Positions 8,082 through 17,728 of a DNA stretch of 27,852 nt are shown piece after piece. A program made the translations under genes and the position numbers. The DNA is from a virus. Taxonomy: Duplodnaviria > Caudoviricetes. Below the pieces are notes generated by a model. It was not told the DNA's origin, searched no databases, and saw only the letters and a list, made by a program, of their open reading frames with translations. The stretch is taken from the IMG/VR virus record IMGVR_UViG_3300037462_000322, positions 1 through 27,852 of that record, one strand, 5' to 3'. How positions within the stretch are numbered: position 1 is the stretch's first letter; every line of letters starts with the position of its first letter.

Positions 8082-11000
8082 TCAGAACTGGAGGGTCACG
8101 GAGGCGGAAGTGCCGCGCCCGAGGCGGTTCGAAAGCTGGTAAATGCGGAGCGAGAGCGTCTGGCCGAGCCCAAGCGGCGCGCCCCAGTCCGCAGTCTGTA
8201 GGGCGGCAGTGTAGAGGACGGAGGTCGTGCTGCTGGTCAGCGTGCGCTTGATCGCAGCGCCGTCGAGGATCTGCACATCGTAGCTTTCCACGTCCTCGGC
8301 CAGCGGCACCTCGACCTGCTCCCAGGCATCGGCCACCAGCGCGCGGGATCGGCGCGTCCAACGGATGGTCAGATCGCCCGGGCTGCGTGCGGTGCGCCAC
8401 GGCTGTTCGACGTGGACCGGCGCGAACGGGACAAGGCCCCGGCCGGTCGGGGTGAAGCCCAGCGCGGCATAGCTCGCATCGCTGACCGCACGCGCGGCCG
8501 GGCCCACGCGCCAGCTCCATGGCATGCCGAGATCAGCCTCGGCGATGGGCAGCGATGCCAGCGTTGCATCCAGCACCACGACCCGCGCTCCTGCCGGGGC
8601 TGGATTGCCCATGGCGTTCTCCGTCCCGCGCTGGCCACGCAGCAGGCGGGTCAGGCGGTACCGGCCAGGGGCGATCAGCTCGGCCGCACCAGACTGGACG
8701 ATTTCCCACGCCCCTGCTGCGGACTCGACCGCCAGCGCATTCGCCCCGCCGAACAATGCGACGTCGGTCACGCTTTCCAGTGTGCCTGACAGGAGATCGA
8801 CCACCAGCGCGTTGCCGAGATCGAAGCGTGAGGTGGGGCCCGGAAAGAAATCGAAGGCCAGCGTGCCGATCCGGGCCCGACTGCCGAAGGTGGTCAGGAG
8901 GTTGAACCCGTCCGTCGAGGCGCTGCGGAACACCGCGATCTCGCCCGGCCAGGGGCTGGCATGGGCGGCGATCAGGGGGCGATGCGCGGGCTGGTCCTCA
9001 GTGATCTGCGGCAGGTCCAGCATCACCACCTCCGGCGCGCCGAAGACGACGGGGCTGGCGAGCGAGGCCGGGCGCGGATCGCCGGGCGGCAGATCATAGG
9101 CTGCGCGGTCCTGGCGGACGACCTCGATCCCGCGTGCCTCGGCATCGGCGACGGATACCAGCCGAAACTCGACCTCCCGGCCGTCATGCGAGAGGCGGAT
9201 GACGTCGGCAGGGTCCAGCGCCAGACGCGACGGTGGCATGCGGAAGGTGGCGCTCTCGCGTCCGATCCAGGCTTCCATCAGCGCGCGGCGGCAGCGGCGC
9301 TCGGCCTCATCTGGCGGGATCGCCATCGGGAAGGACTCGGAGGCGATGCGGGTGGTATCGACGGTGACGCGGCGGGCTTCGACAAGGGCCGCGTCATAGT
9401 CTTCGTCGGCGCGGGCCACCTGCCACTTGAGGGCCTGCGGCAGTTCCGTCTCCTGGCCGCGCGTCAGCTCAAAAGCATCGCCCTCGCGGCTGGAGGCCAG
9501 GTCGTCCACCGTGAGGGTGAGGCTGGACGCCCGACCGCGCATGACGAAGCGGATCACGCCCTCGGTCTCGATCGCGTCGAAGCCGAAATGCCGGGCCAGT
9601 GTGGAAATCGACGCGCGCGGGCTTTCCAGCGCGCCGATGACATAGCCCTCGACCGCGCCCCAGAGGCCCGAGACATCAATCAGGGTTTCCGCCAGCCCAG
9701 CGCGCAGGCAGAGATGGCGCACGAGCGCGGCTAATGACACCGCGCCTAGCCTGCCGGTCAGCCAGTGGCCTAGCCGCCAATTCGGCCCGTCCGTCCAGAT
9801 GCCCGTCAGTTCGGGGAAAAACGGATAGGGTCGTGCGTCCCAAGTCCAGGCGGCGCATTCGGGGACATGCACCATGCGGCCGCCGTAAACGGATGAGGTC
9901 GGGTTGTTCGCGGCATCGCCCCACCAGAGATAGCTGGCCTCGAGATAGGCGCGCTGGATCGCATCGTCGCGCCAGCCACGGGAGAAGTAGGGCGTGAAGC
10001 TCTCGGACGACTTCGGATCGAAGAACACGTTCGGTTGGTTTGTGCCCCGGTCGATGGCGGGACAGCCGAGTTCGGTGAACCAGACGGGCTTTGACTGCGG
10101 CACCCATGCGGTCGGCGTGCCGCTTTCCACCCCGTCCGGGCGGTTGAAATGCGGGTTCGACCACCAGGCGCGCAGATCCTTGTAGCGGAAGACCCAAGGC
10201 TTGGCCGCGCTGCCGTCCGTGATGGGCGTGCGGATCTGCGCCGACCGATCCGCGGCCGAGGCGTAGAACCAGTCGAAGCCCTCGCCGCCCGCGATATTGG
10301 CCTGCAGGTAGCCGCGATCATGGATCGCCGGCCAACCTTGCAGCGCATCGGCATGATCGAACCCGTCGCGCCAGTCCGACAGCGGCATGTAGTTGTCGAT
10401 GCCGATGAAGTCGATGTTCGCGTCTGACCAGAGTGGATCGAGGTGGAAGAACACGTCGCCACTGCCGTCGCCCGGCTGGTGGCCAAAATACTCCGACCAG
10501 TCGGAGGCATAGCCCACCTTGGTGCCTGCACCGAGGATCGACTTCACATCCGCCGCCAGCGCCTTGAAGGCCGTCACGGCCGGGTAGGCGCTGGCGCTGG
10601 ACCGGATCGTCGTCAGGCCGCGCATCTCGGTGCCGATCAGGAAAGCGTCGACCCCGCCTGCCGCCGCGCAGAGATGGGCGTAGTGAAGGATCATCCGGCG
10701 CAGGCCCCAGTCGCCCGCAGGGCCGGTCCAGCTGACCGTGTCTTCGGTAACGGCAAACTGCGCCGGTGTGGCCGCGCCGAAGAAGCTGGAAACCTGCGTG
10801 GCAGCAGCGGCGGTCTTGTCGGCTGTCCCGGCAAATCCTGCCGCCGGGGAGCAGGTAATCCGGCCCCGCCACGGGAAACTCGGCTGGCCCGGCGTGGCGG
10901 CACTCGCGCTGTAGGGGTTCGGCAGCGTGTTCCCGGGTGGGACGTCCATCAGCAGGAAGGGATAGATCGTCACCCGCAGCCCGCGCGCCTTCATCTCGAG

Positions 11001-12080
11001 GATCGCCTGCACCACCGCGAAATCCGCAGGTGTACCACCATAGACCGGTCGATCCTCGGCATCGCGGCTGACGAGATGGGCTGCAGCGCGGGAAATCCCG
11101 TTGACCGTCCACACCTTGGGGCTGGTGACCTTGGTCGCTACCTCGACGCCCGGCTTGATGGTGCAATTGCCCGCGCGCAGGTCATTGCCGAACCAGGCGA
11201 CGACGAGGCTGATACTCTCGACGGCCGGGGCCATCGCCTGCAGCCGATCGAGGGCCACGACGATATCGGCCTCGTCGGGCAGCGCGTTCAGGTTCTCGGC
11301 CGAGTTGGTCCCGCCAGTGGTCTGGCCGAAGACCGTCGTCGTCGCCCCGACTGTCTTGCGGACAGCCTCGGTCGCATAGGTGAACTCGCCCGAGGCCGGG
11401 ATCATGGTCACGGCCTTCACCTGCCCCTCGGCGGTGTCGGGGTCGGCAAGTGGGCGAAAGACCTCGAACGAAAGCTGCGGCAGCCGGTTGCCGTAGGTCG
11501 ATAGCGGCAGTTCCTCGAAGACGACGTAGGCTGTGCCGCGATAGGCCGGGGTGTTGGCGGCCCCCATCTTGGCCGCAATGAACGGGTCAGGCGTCTGGGT
11601 CTCGTTGCCGGGATACCAGCGCCAGGTGATCCCCGACATGTCGAGCGGCTTGCCGTCGGCCCAGATGCGGCCGATGCCGGTGATCGGGCCCTCACACAAG
11701 GCGACTGCGAAGCTGGCGTAGTACAGATACTCGGTCGTCTGGACCCTTCCGCCGCCACCGCCCTTGCCGCCACCCTGCGTGGTGGTCTTCGTCTCCTCGC
11801 GGAAATCGGTCGCCCAGATGATGTTGCCGCCGATGCGCATGCGCCCGTAGAGGCGTGGGATGATCGCGCCCTCGGTCGCGGAGGTGATCCGCAGGCTGTC
11901 GAGCCGCTGGCCCTCGATCTTCTGGGAAGGCGCCAGCGAGGACACGATCCAGCTGTCCACGACCGAACCGATGGTTGAACCGATGAAGCCACCGATCGCG
12001 GCGCCAGAGAAGCCGAGGATCGCGCCGCCGAAGGCCCCGCCGATGGCGGAACCGACGGCACCGAGGACAAGCGTTGCCAT
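8082..12080 (-). CDS. Baseplate multidomain 'megatron' protein (RcGTA g15-like; GTA TIM-barrel plus tail domains)
   Basis: MATLVLGAVG N-terminus, IPRLYGRMRIGGNIIWA, PAYRGTAYVVFE, YASDWSEY, IGIDNYMPLSDWRDG, WTWDARPYP. Confidence 0.92.
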   Translation of the reverse strand: MATLVLGAVGSAIGGAFGGAILGFSGAAIGGFIGSTIGSVVDSWIVSSLAPSQKIEGQRLDSLRITSATEGAIIPRLYGRMRIGGNIIWATDFREETKTTTQGGGKGGGGGRVQTTEYLYYASFAVALCEGPITGIGRIWADGKPLDMSGITWRWYPGNETQTPDPFIAAKMGAANTPAYRGTAYVVFEELPLSTYGNRLPQLSFEVFRPLADPDTAEGQVKAVTMIPASGEFTYATEAVRKTVGATTTVFGQTTGGTNSAENLNALPDEADIVVALDRLQAMAPAVESISLVVAWFGNDLRAGNCTIKPGVEVATKVTSPKVWTVNGISRAAAHLVSRDAEDRPVYGGTPADFAVVQAILEMKARGLRVTIYPFLLMDVPPGNTLPNPYSASAATPGQPSFPWRGRITCSPAAGFAGTADKTAAAATQVSSFFGAATPAQFAVTEDTVSWTGPAGDWGLRRMILHYAHLCAAAGGVDAFLIGTEMRGLTTIRSSASAYPAVTAFKALAADVKSILGAGTKVGYASDWSEYFGHQPGDGSGDVFFHLDPLWSDANIDFIGIDNYMPLSDWRDGFDHADALQGWPAIHDRGYLQANIAGGEGFDWFYASAADRSAQIRTPITDGSAAKPWVFRYKDLRAWWSNPHFNRPDGVESGTPTAWVPQSKPVWFTELGCPAIDRGTNQPNVFFDPKSSESFTPYFSRGWRDDAIQRAYLEASYLWWGDAANNPTSSVYGGRMVHVPECAAWTWDARPYPFFPELTGIWTDGPNWRLGHWLTGRLGAVSLAALVRHLCLRAGLAETLIDVSGLWGAVEGYVIGALESPRASISTLARHFGFDAIETEGVIRFVMRGRASSLTLTVDDLASSREGDAFELTRGQETELPQALKWQVARADEDYDAALVEARRVTVDTTRIASESFPMAIPPDEAERRCRRALMEAWIGRESATFRMPPSRLALDPADVIRLSHDGREVEFRLVSVADAEARGIEVVRQDRAAYDLPPGDPRPASLASPVVFGAPEVVMLDLPQITEDQPAHRPLIAAHASPWPGEIAVFRSASTDGFNLLTTFGSRARIGTLAFDFFPGPTSRFDLGNALVVDLLSGTLESVTDVALFGGANALAVESAAGAWEIVQSGAAELIAPGRYRLTRLLRGQRGTENAMGNPAPAGARVVVLDATLASLPIAEADLGMPWSWRVGPAARAVSDASYAALGFTPTGRGLVPFAPVHVEQPWRTARSPGDLTIRWTRRSRALVADAWEQVEVPLAEDVESYDVQILDGAAIKRTLTSSTTSVLYTAALQTADWGAPLGLGQTLSLRIYQLSNRLGRGTSASVTLQF

Positions 12081-12089
12081 GGAAGAATC

Positions 12090-12524
12090 TCAGCGTGCGG
12101 GGAACAGGAAGGCGAAGGCGATGCGGCGTCGCCATGCAGGTGTTAGCGATTCCTCGATCACGCCGAGGCGTTCGTAGGCGTGAAGGAAGGTGTCAGGTCC
12201 GGTCAGGATGCCCACATGCTTGGCGATGGCGCGCGGCATCATCCGGAACAGGATCAGCGCGCCGGGCGGCGCATATGCTGGTACGATTTCCGGCATCATC
12301 GCCCGCGCGCCGTCCGCCAGCACCTCGCGCGGTCCCGTCTCGCCCCAGTCGCGGCTGTAGGGCGGGATCGGGAACGGCTCCGGCCCGATGACCTCGCGCC
12401 AGACGCCCCGTGCCAGGCCGAGGCAATCGCAGCCGACCCCGCGCAGGCTGGCCTGGTCGTGATAGGGCGTGCCGAGCCAGGACCGGGCGACGGCGATGAC
12501 AAGCAATGGATCGGCGGCCGTCAC
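12090..12524 (-). CDS. NlpC/P60 cell-wall peptidase (RcGTA g14-like)
   Basis: ARSWLGTPYHDQAS...GCDCLGL...AKHVGI...FLHAY; GTG overlaps the hub stop. Confidence 0.9.
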   Translation of the reverse strand: MTAADPLLVIAVARSWLGTPYHDQASLRGVGCDCLGLARGVWREVIGPEPFPIPPYSRDWGETGPREVLADGARAMMPEIVPAYAPPGALILFRMMPRAIAKHVGILTGPDTFLHAYERLGVIEESLTPAWRRRIAFAFLFPAR

Positions 12525-13405
12525 AGCACAGCCCCCTCGTGGCCGCCGTCCTTGGTGGCGTATCGAAGAACCGCGTCCTGACCGGGGATGTGCGGGAAGC
12601 CCCGGAAGTTTGCGACATTGGCGAACTTCGTCCCGCAGGTCGCGATCCACTTGTCGCAGCCCGCCCGGACCACGAAGGCATCCGTCACCGCGATCGGGCG
12701 CACCGGGGCTTCCAGCAGGGTCAGGATCGCCACGCCGTCGACGAGGTCATGCGACAGCACCTCGACCCGCCGCCCGGCATTCGCGCCCGTCGACCACTCC
12801 ACAAGCCCGAAGGCAAACCAGCCCGCCGCGAAACTGCCGAGGCCCGAAGCCGTGAAGGTCCGGTCGCGCAGCACATCGATCACCGCGCCGGACCCCTTGA
12901 AGGCCGCGGCCTCGAGGTTCACGCCGCAGCGCGCATCGCCCAGCGCGGCGTCGCAGCTGGCCTGGAATGTCCGCCCCACCGTCTGACCGAGGACATGGGC
13001 CAGTGACCGCACCTCGGCCACGAAGGCCAGCCGCCCGCGCCGGATCTGGCCGATGGCCCCGCGGCGCAAGAGCACGCGCTGTGCCGGGGCCGACCAGTTC
13101 ACCCGCCAGACCTCGACCTCCGCATTGTCCCACCGGCCATCGAGGATGTCGGTCTCCGTGATCCAGTCGGAGGAGAGCACGCCTTGCGCGTCCTGCGCAT
13201 CGACCGACAGGTCTGAACCTGACCGGACCTCGGACGCCGTCAGACCACTTTCCGGTTCGAACTCGGTCCCGTCGAATGTCAGCGTCCGGTCGTGGTCGGT
13301 GAAGCCAAAGGTTACCCCATCGGCCCGGGTGATGCGCCAGCACCAGGCCAGTGTCGTCGTGCCCTCGTCGAGATGGGCCTGCAGCGCGGGGTTCAGGGCT
13401 TTCAT
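12521..13405 (-). CDS. Baseplate hub protein DUF2163 (RcGTA g13-like)
   Basis: TTLAWCWRITRADGVTFGFTDHD...GCDK...C..KFAN..NFRGFPHIPG. Confidence 0.92.
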   Translation of the reverse strand: MKALNPALQAHLDEGTTTLAWCWRITRADGVTFGFTDHDRTLTFDGTEFEPESGLTASEVRSGSDLSVDAQDAQGVLSSDWITETDILDGRWDNAEVEVWRVNWSAPAQRVLLRRGAIGQIRRGRLAFVAEVRSLAHVLGQTVGRTFQASCDAALGDARCGVNLEAAAFKGSGAVIDVLRDRTFTASGLGSFAAGWFAFGLVEWSTGANAGRRVEVLSHDLVDGVAILTLLEAPVRPIAVTDAFVVRAGCDKWIATCGTKFANVANFRGFPHIPGQDAVLRYATKDGGHEGAVL

Positions 13406-14028
13406 GTGCGGATTTCCACGAGGGGGATCGAGGTGATCGACCCGAGACGTTCGAGTTCAAGGGTGACGTCGAGGGCGTCGGTGTCGAAGCGGACAGGGAC
13501 GTCGAATTCGAAGCCCGCGGTGATGGCGACGCCCGCAGCGGGGGCGGTGGTGAAGGTGATGAGGCCGGTGGTTGTCGAGGCCGACCAGCCGGAGGCTTGC
13601 GGCGTGCCGTTCAGGGCGATGGTCACGGTTCCCGCGACGGGCTTGGTGATGGCCCGCGTCCAGGACTGTGCGCCGGAAGTGTAGCGCTTGGTCAGTTGAA
13701 ACAGGGTGGCCGATCCGTTGCCGGTGCCAATCGGCTGGTTGGTCGGTCCCGGCGTCTGCGACGGCAGGCAGGACTTGAAGTCGGCCCAGTCCTTGAAGCG
13801 GAAGCCGTGCAGGCGACCGTTGCGGGCCTCGAAGAAGGCGACGACCGCCGCAAGATCATCGGCGCGGCGGATGCCATAGGCGACATCATAGCGGCGGCGC
13901 GAGTTGGCCCAGCTGGCGTTGCGCTCCTCGGCCCCGCTCGCCAGCTCGACGATCTGGGTGCGCCGCTCGGGGCCACCGCGTGCGCCCCGGCTGATGTTGT
14001 CCGGAAACCGGACCTCGTGGAAAGCCAT
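13402..14028 (-). CDS. Distal tail protein DUF2460 (RcGTA g12-like)
   Basis: MAFHEVRFP...GGPERRT...FEARNGRLHGFRFKDWAD...AGFEFDVPVRFDTD; ATG overlaps the tape measure TGA. Confidence 0.92.
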   Translation of the reverse strand: MAFHEVRFPDNISRGARGGPERRTQIVELASGAEERNASWANSRRRYDVAYGIRRADDLAAVVAFFEARNGRLHGFRFKDWADFKSCLPSQTPGPTNQPIGTGNGSATLFQLTKRYTSGAQSWTRAITKPVAGTVTIALNGTPQASGWSASTTTGLITFTTAPAAGVAITAGFEFDVPVRFDTDALDVTLELERLGSITSIPLVEIRT

Positions 14029-16490
14029 CACATCCCCCTCCGGCCCAGCGACACGGCGCGGGCGATGTCGCTGGCGACCTGCGTCCGGGACTGGCGGAAG
14101 CTCTCGGCGTCGCGGGCGTTGATCGTGACGTTGACGGTCGAGGCGCCCGCCTGGCGATAGCCCGAGGCTTCCCGGCGTGACAGCACACGCTCCCCGCGTT
14201 GCAGGATCGCGGGGACTTCGTCGGGCCGCAGCCCGGCCCAGCCGCCGGAATGCAAGCGCGGCGCGTTGGCAAAAGCTAGGGCCGGGACAATGCGTCCGGG
14301 ACAAGGGGCACCGACCGTCCCGCCCGCATGCAGGATGTTCGCGAAAATCCCACCCGCCCCGCCCAGAGCCCCGGAAAGGGCGTTCGCAATCGGGCCGAGG
14401 ATGAAGCGCCGGGCGGCGAGTTTCGCCAGATCGGCGATCATGGACGTGACCAGATCGCGGAAGTCGAGCTTGCCGGTCTTCACGAAGTCGCCGATGGCAT
14501 TCTCGGCGCTCTGGAAGGCGCCCACCAGCGCGTTGCCGATATCCCCGCCGATGTCGCGCGCCTTGGCGGCGTAGTCGGCGAGTGCGGCGGTGACGGCTTG
14601 CCAGCCGGTGAGGGCCGTGTCCGCGCCCTCGGCGGCTGCAACGCCCGCGTTGCGTGCTGCGCCACCAGCGCCGTCGGCGGCGGTGGCCGTATCGTTCAGA
14701 CCGGTGGTCAGGGCATCGGCCGAGGCGGCGGCATCTGCCAGGGCGGTCTCTGCCTCGGTCCCCGTGCCGGTCACCGCATCCTTCAACGCCTGCCAGCTGG
14801 CCAGCGGCCGACCGGCGGCATCGGCCAGCATCCCGGCCGCCTCGCGATAGCCATCAGCACGGGCGCGGGCATCGTCGGCCATCGCGCCAAGCCCGAGATC
14901 GGGCGGTTCCAGATAGGTGCGTGACAGCGCGGCCGAAAAGGCGTCTGCCGCGGCAGCACCGGCAGCGGTCGCAGCCCCCTCAAAGGGATTGCCGATGCGG
15001 CCGAGTTCCACTGGATCGAGGATGCCGATCCGCACCCCGCCTTCGCCGGTGGCCCATTCCGGCAGCAGCGCCAGCGCCGCGTTCAGGGTCTCGATGAAAC
15101 TGTTGATGCGGGTGACGACGCCGTTCAGCATCGCCTCGACGCCGGAGATCAGCCCGTTCGCGGCCTGAAAGGCGAAGTCGCCGATGGCCCCGGGCAGGCT
15201 GCCCCAGATCGCCACGGCCGCGTGATAGGCCCCCTGGAAGATCGCGGCCGTCCGGTCGCCGAAGCTGACGACGCCTGAGATGGTGCCCTCGAGGGTCGAG
15301 AGACCGGCCGCCCTCAGCCCCTCCCATCCGGCCGCCATGCGCGCGAGGGCCGCGTCGAGCGACAGGCCGATGCGGGACCAGACCTCGCGGGCCAGATCGC
15401 CCAGCAGGCGGAAGGCTTCGCCCACGCCGCCGACCCGGGCGACGAGTTGCGAGAACTGATGGACCAGCTCGCCCGCGCCGACGATCAGCGCCCCGATGCC
15501 GGTTCGGATGAGGGCGCCACGCAGGAAGACCAAGGCTGTCGCGAGGCCGCGCACGGAGAGGGCGGCGGCAACGACCCCGGCCACCCAGCGCCCGGCCATG
15601 ACGGCGGCGAAGGTCGCGGCGTAGGAAGCAAGTCGGCCGAGATTGCCGATCAGCCCGTCGATGGCAGATCGTAGGATCCCGCCGTCGGAGGCAAGTGCGA
15701 CGAAGGCATTGGCCAGTGCCTCGATGGTCGGAGCGACGGCGACCGCGATCCGGTTGCGCAGGCCATCGAACACGAGGGATACGGTGCCCAGCGCCAGCTG
15801 CGTGCGGCGCAGCGCCTCCAGCGCATCGCCATCCAGCACCGCCCCGAGGTCCGAGGCCTGATCCCCAAGCCGCGTCATCTCCGCCCCGCCGTTCCGCAGT
15901 AGAGGGATCAACCGCGTGGCATCCGAGGCCATCGCCTCGAGATAAAAGGTCATCTCCTGCTGGCTGAGACCGGCGCGTTCCAGCGTATCGACGTAGAGCT
16001 GCAGCGCCTCCGGCCCCGAAAGGCGGGCGAACTGGTCGGCTGTCACGCCCACGCGGGGCGCGACATTCTCGAAGAAATCCGCCATCGGCCCGCCACCGGT
16101 CTGCAGGAAGTCCCCGACCCGGTCGTTCACGTCCTTCAGGATATCGGCGAGCTTCTCCTGCTCGATGCCAACCGTCCGCGCGCCAGCCGACCAGCGCTGC
16201 AGGGCCTCGGGCGTGGCATTGGCGACCTGCGCAAACTGACGGATCTGCGCGGCACTCTCGGCCGTCGAACGGACGATCAGCCCGAGCGAGGCTGTGGCGG
16301 CCGCAGCCGCGGCCCCAAGGGCAAGGCCAGCCCGGCGCGCAAAGGCGGCAAGCCGGGTGTTCGCCAGTTCCATCTCGCGCGACAGGCGGCCGAAGCCACG
16401 GGCCCCGGCCTCACCGACCCCTTCCAGTTCCGCGCGCACGCGCCGTCCGCCCTCCGCGACGAGGCGGACGGAGACCTTCTTCTCGGCCAT
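14028..16490 (-). CDS. Tail tape measure protein (820 aa)
   Basis: Long Ala/Gly-rich helical protein directly upstream of the distal tail gene; C-terminal HxGG...DEVPAILQRGERVL. Confidence 0.9.
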   Translation of the reverse strand: MAEKKVSVRLVAEGGRRVRAELEGVGEAGARGFGRLSREMELANTRLAAFARRAGLALGAAAAAATASLGLIVRSTAESAAQIRQFAQVANATPEALQRWSAGARTVGIEQEKLADILKDVNDRVGDFLQTGGGPMADFFENVAPRVGVTADQFARLSGPEALQLYVDTLERAGLSQQEMTFYLEAMASDATRLIPLLRNGGAEMTRLGDQASDLGAVLDGDALEALRRTQLALGTVSLVFDGLRNRIAVAVAPTIEALANAFVALASDGGILRSAIDGLIGNLGRLASYAATFAAVMAGRWVAGVVAAALSVRGLATALVFLRGALIRTGIGALIVGAGELVHQFSQLVARVGGVGEAFRLLGDLAREVWSRIGLSLDAALARMAAGWEGLRAAGLSTLEGTISGVVSFGDRTAAIFQGAYHAAVAIWGSLPGAIGDFAFQAANGLISGVEAMLNGVVTRINSFIETLNAALALLPEWATGEGGVRIGILDPVELGRIGNPFEGAATAAGAAAADAFSAALSRTYLEPPDLGLGAMADDARARADGYREAAGMLADAAGRPLASWQALKDAVTGTGTEAETALADAAASADALTTGLNDTATAADGAGGAARNAGVAAAEGADTALTGWQAVTAALADYAAKARDIGGDIGNALVGAFQSAENAIGDFVKTGKLDFRDLVTSMIADLAKLAARRFILGPIANALSGALGGAGGIFANILHAGGTVGAPCPGRIVPALAFANAPRLHSGGWAGLRPDEVPAILQRGERVLSRREASGYRQAGASTVNVTINARDAESFRQSRTQVASDIARAVSLGRRGM

Positions 16491-16576
16491 GAGGAAAACC
16501 TTGAATGATTGTGGTATGGACCTGTTTCAGAAGCGAAAAGCCCAGAGTTCCGAAACAAGTCGCGGCAGGTAGGACA

Positions 16577-17011
16577 ATGACAATCATCACCCTTCCGTCC
16601 CATCCGGGCGAAGTCCTGCACGAGCTCTACCTGCTGCCGCTCGGGATGAACCCGCCTGCTCTTGCACGGCATCTGCTGGTTCCGCGCGCGCGGATCGAAC
16701 GTCTGATCAGGGGTGAGACCGCCTTGAACGCAGACACGGCAATGCGGCTGGCCACCTGTTTCCGCACCAGTCCGGAATACTGGATGAACCTGCAGCTGGC
16801 CTGGGACCTCGCCCGCGCTCGAGAGACTGTCGATGTTTCAGGAATCGTCCCCATTGGGTCGACTGATCACAGCGGCCAAGCTGAACCAGGGACCGACAGG
16901 CCCGATGGCGAAACGGCGCGGTCGCAATCCGTCGCGACGAAGGAGGACCTGAAGGGACTTGCGAGAGGTGCGGTTCCGAAGAGCTATCGGGATCGATCTG
17001 ATCGAACCTGA
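16577..17011 (+). CDS. higA: HigA/VapI-family Xre-HTH antitoxin, orphan, with C-terminal extension
   Basis: HPGEVL...LARHL...ITA-like LNADTAMRLA..F.TSPEYWMNLQ..WDL motif; AGGTAGG RBS. Confidence 0.85.
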   Translation: MTIITLPSHPGEVLHELYLLPLGMNPPALARHLLVPRARIERLIRGETALNADTAMRLATCFRTSPEYWMNLQLAWDLARARETVDVSGIVPIGSTDHSGQAEPGTDRPDGETARSQSVATKEDLKGLARGAVPKSYRDRSDRT

Positions 17012-17046
17012 AACATGCGCGCGGCGCGCCGGTTGGTCTCATGGCG

Positions 17047-17388
17047 TCAGATCGGGGTCACCCCCGTTGAACGCTCGGCCATCTGCTCGTTGAGTTTGCG
17101 CACCATCACCGCCTCGATCTCGGGCAGCAGTTCGGCGGTGATCAGGCGGTTGATGCCCAGCGCCTGCGCCAGTGACAGCGCGGCACCCATGTCCCATCCG
17201 ATGACCGCCCCCGGCGCGATGCGCAGCTGGCCGCCAAGGCGCTGGGTCAGGTCCCAGACCTGCCAGCCCTCGACTGTCAGCGGCCGGTTCAGTCTTGCGG
17301 GGCAGTCCGGGCAGGGGCCGGTGCAGGCCGCGCAGTAGCCATCGCCCCCGCCGAAGGACCAGTCGGCGAGGGCGCGGAGGCGTTTTTT
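17047..17388 (-). CDS. Tail assembly chaperone frameshift extension (gpT-like, -1 frame)
   Basis: The -1 frame after A AAA AAC is open for about 112 codons: RLRALADWSFGGGDGYCAACTGPCPDC...WQVWDL...LLPEIEAVMVRKLNEQM; not in the ORF track. Confidence 0.75.
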   Translation of the reverse strand, partial: KKRLRALADWSFGGGDGYCAACTGPCPDCPARLNRPLTVEGWQVWDLTQRLGGQLRIAPGAVIGWDMGAALSLAQALGINRLITAELLPEIEAVMVRKLNEQMAERSTGVTPI

Positions 17389-17726
17389 TCCGCGTCCAGC
17401 ATCAGGCCTCGGGCGACATATTGCGCCTGGAAGGCCTCGAAGACCGGCCAGATTTCCAGGAGGGCATCGATCCCGGCCGGGCTGACCGGCATGAGGTTGC
17501 CCGCCTCGTCACCGACGCCGTCCCACTCCAGAACCGCCCGGCGGGCGACGGCCTTGGCCATCGCGAGGGCCATGTCCTCCTGGCTGGAGGTTTCCGACAG
17601 GCCGTCGATGACGGGATCGGCGCGGGCCGAGACCATCAGCGCGGTGGTCAGGGGCGCCACCAGGACGCGCAGGCCGGGCAGCAGCTCCAGCCATTCAGGC
17701 CGGTTCGACAGGTTCAGGCGGATCAT
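17289..17726 (-). CDS. Tail assembly chaperone (gpG-like, 145 aa)
   Basis: Directly follows the tail tube; MIRLNL start; contains the slippery EKN codons. Confidence 0.8.
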   Translation of the reverse strand: MIRLNLSNRPEWLELLPGLRVLVAPLTTALMVSARADPVIDGLSETSSQEDMALAMAKAVARRAVLEWDGVGDEAGNLMPVSPAGIDALLEIWPVFEAFQAQYVARGLMLDAEKNASAPSPTGPSAGAMATARPAPAPARTAPQD

Positions 17727-17728
17727 GG

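Noticed and set aside
8071-8520. 150-aa N-terminal extension of the tail fibre
   Set aside because: Overlaps the megatron gene; the DUF2793-type N-terminus begins at 8070
8082-14028. Bona fide gene transfer agent cluster
   Set aside because: Lambda-type packaging and head genes, long tape measure, linked lysis genes and an att site indicate a prophage
16491-16576. Cognate HigB toxin upstream of higA
   Set aside because: The 86-bp gap is too small and holds no RelE-like frame
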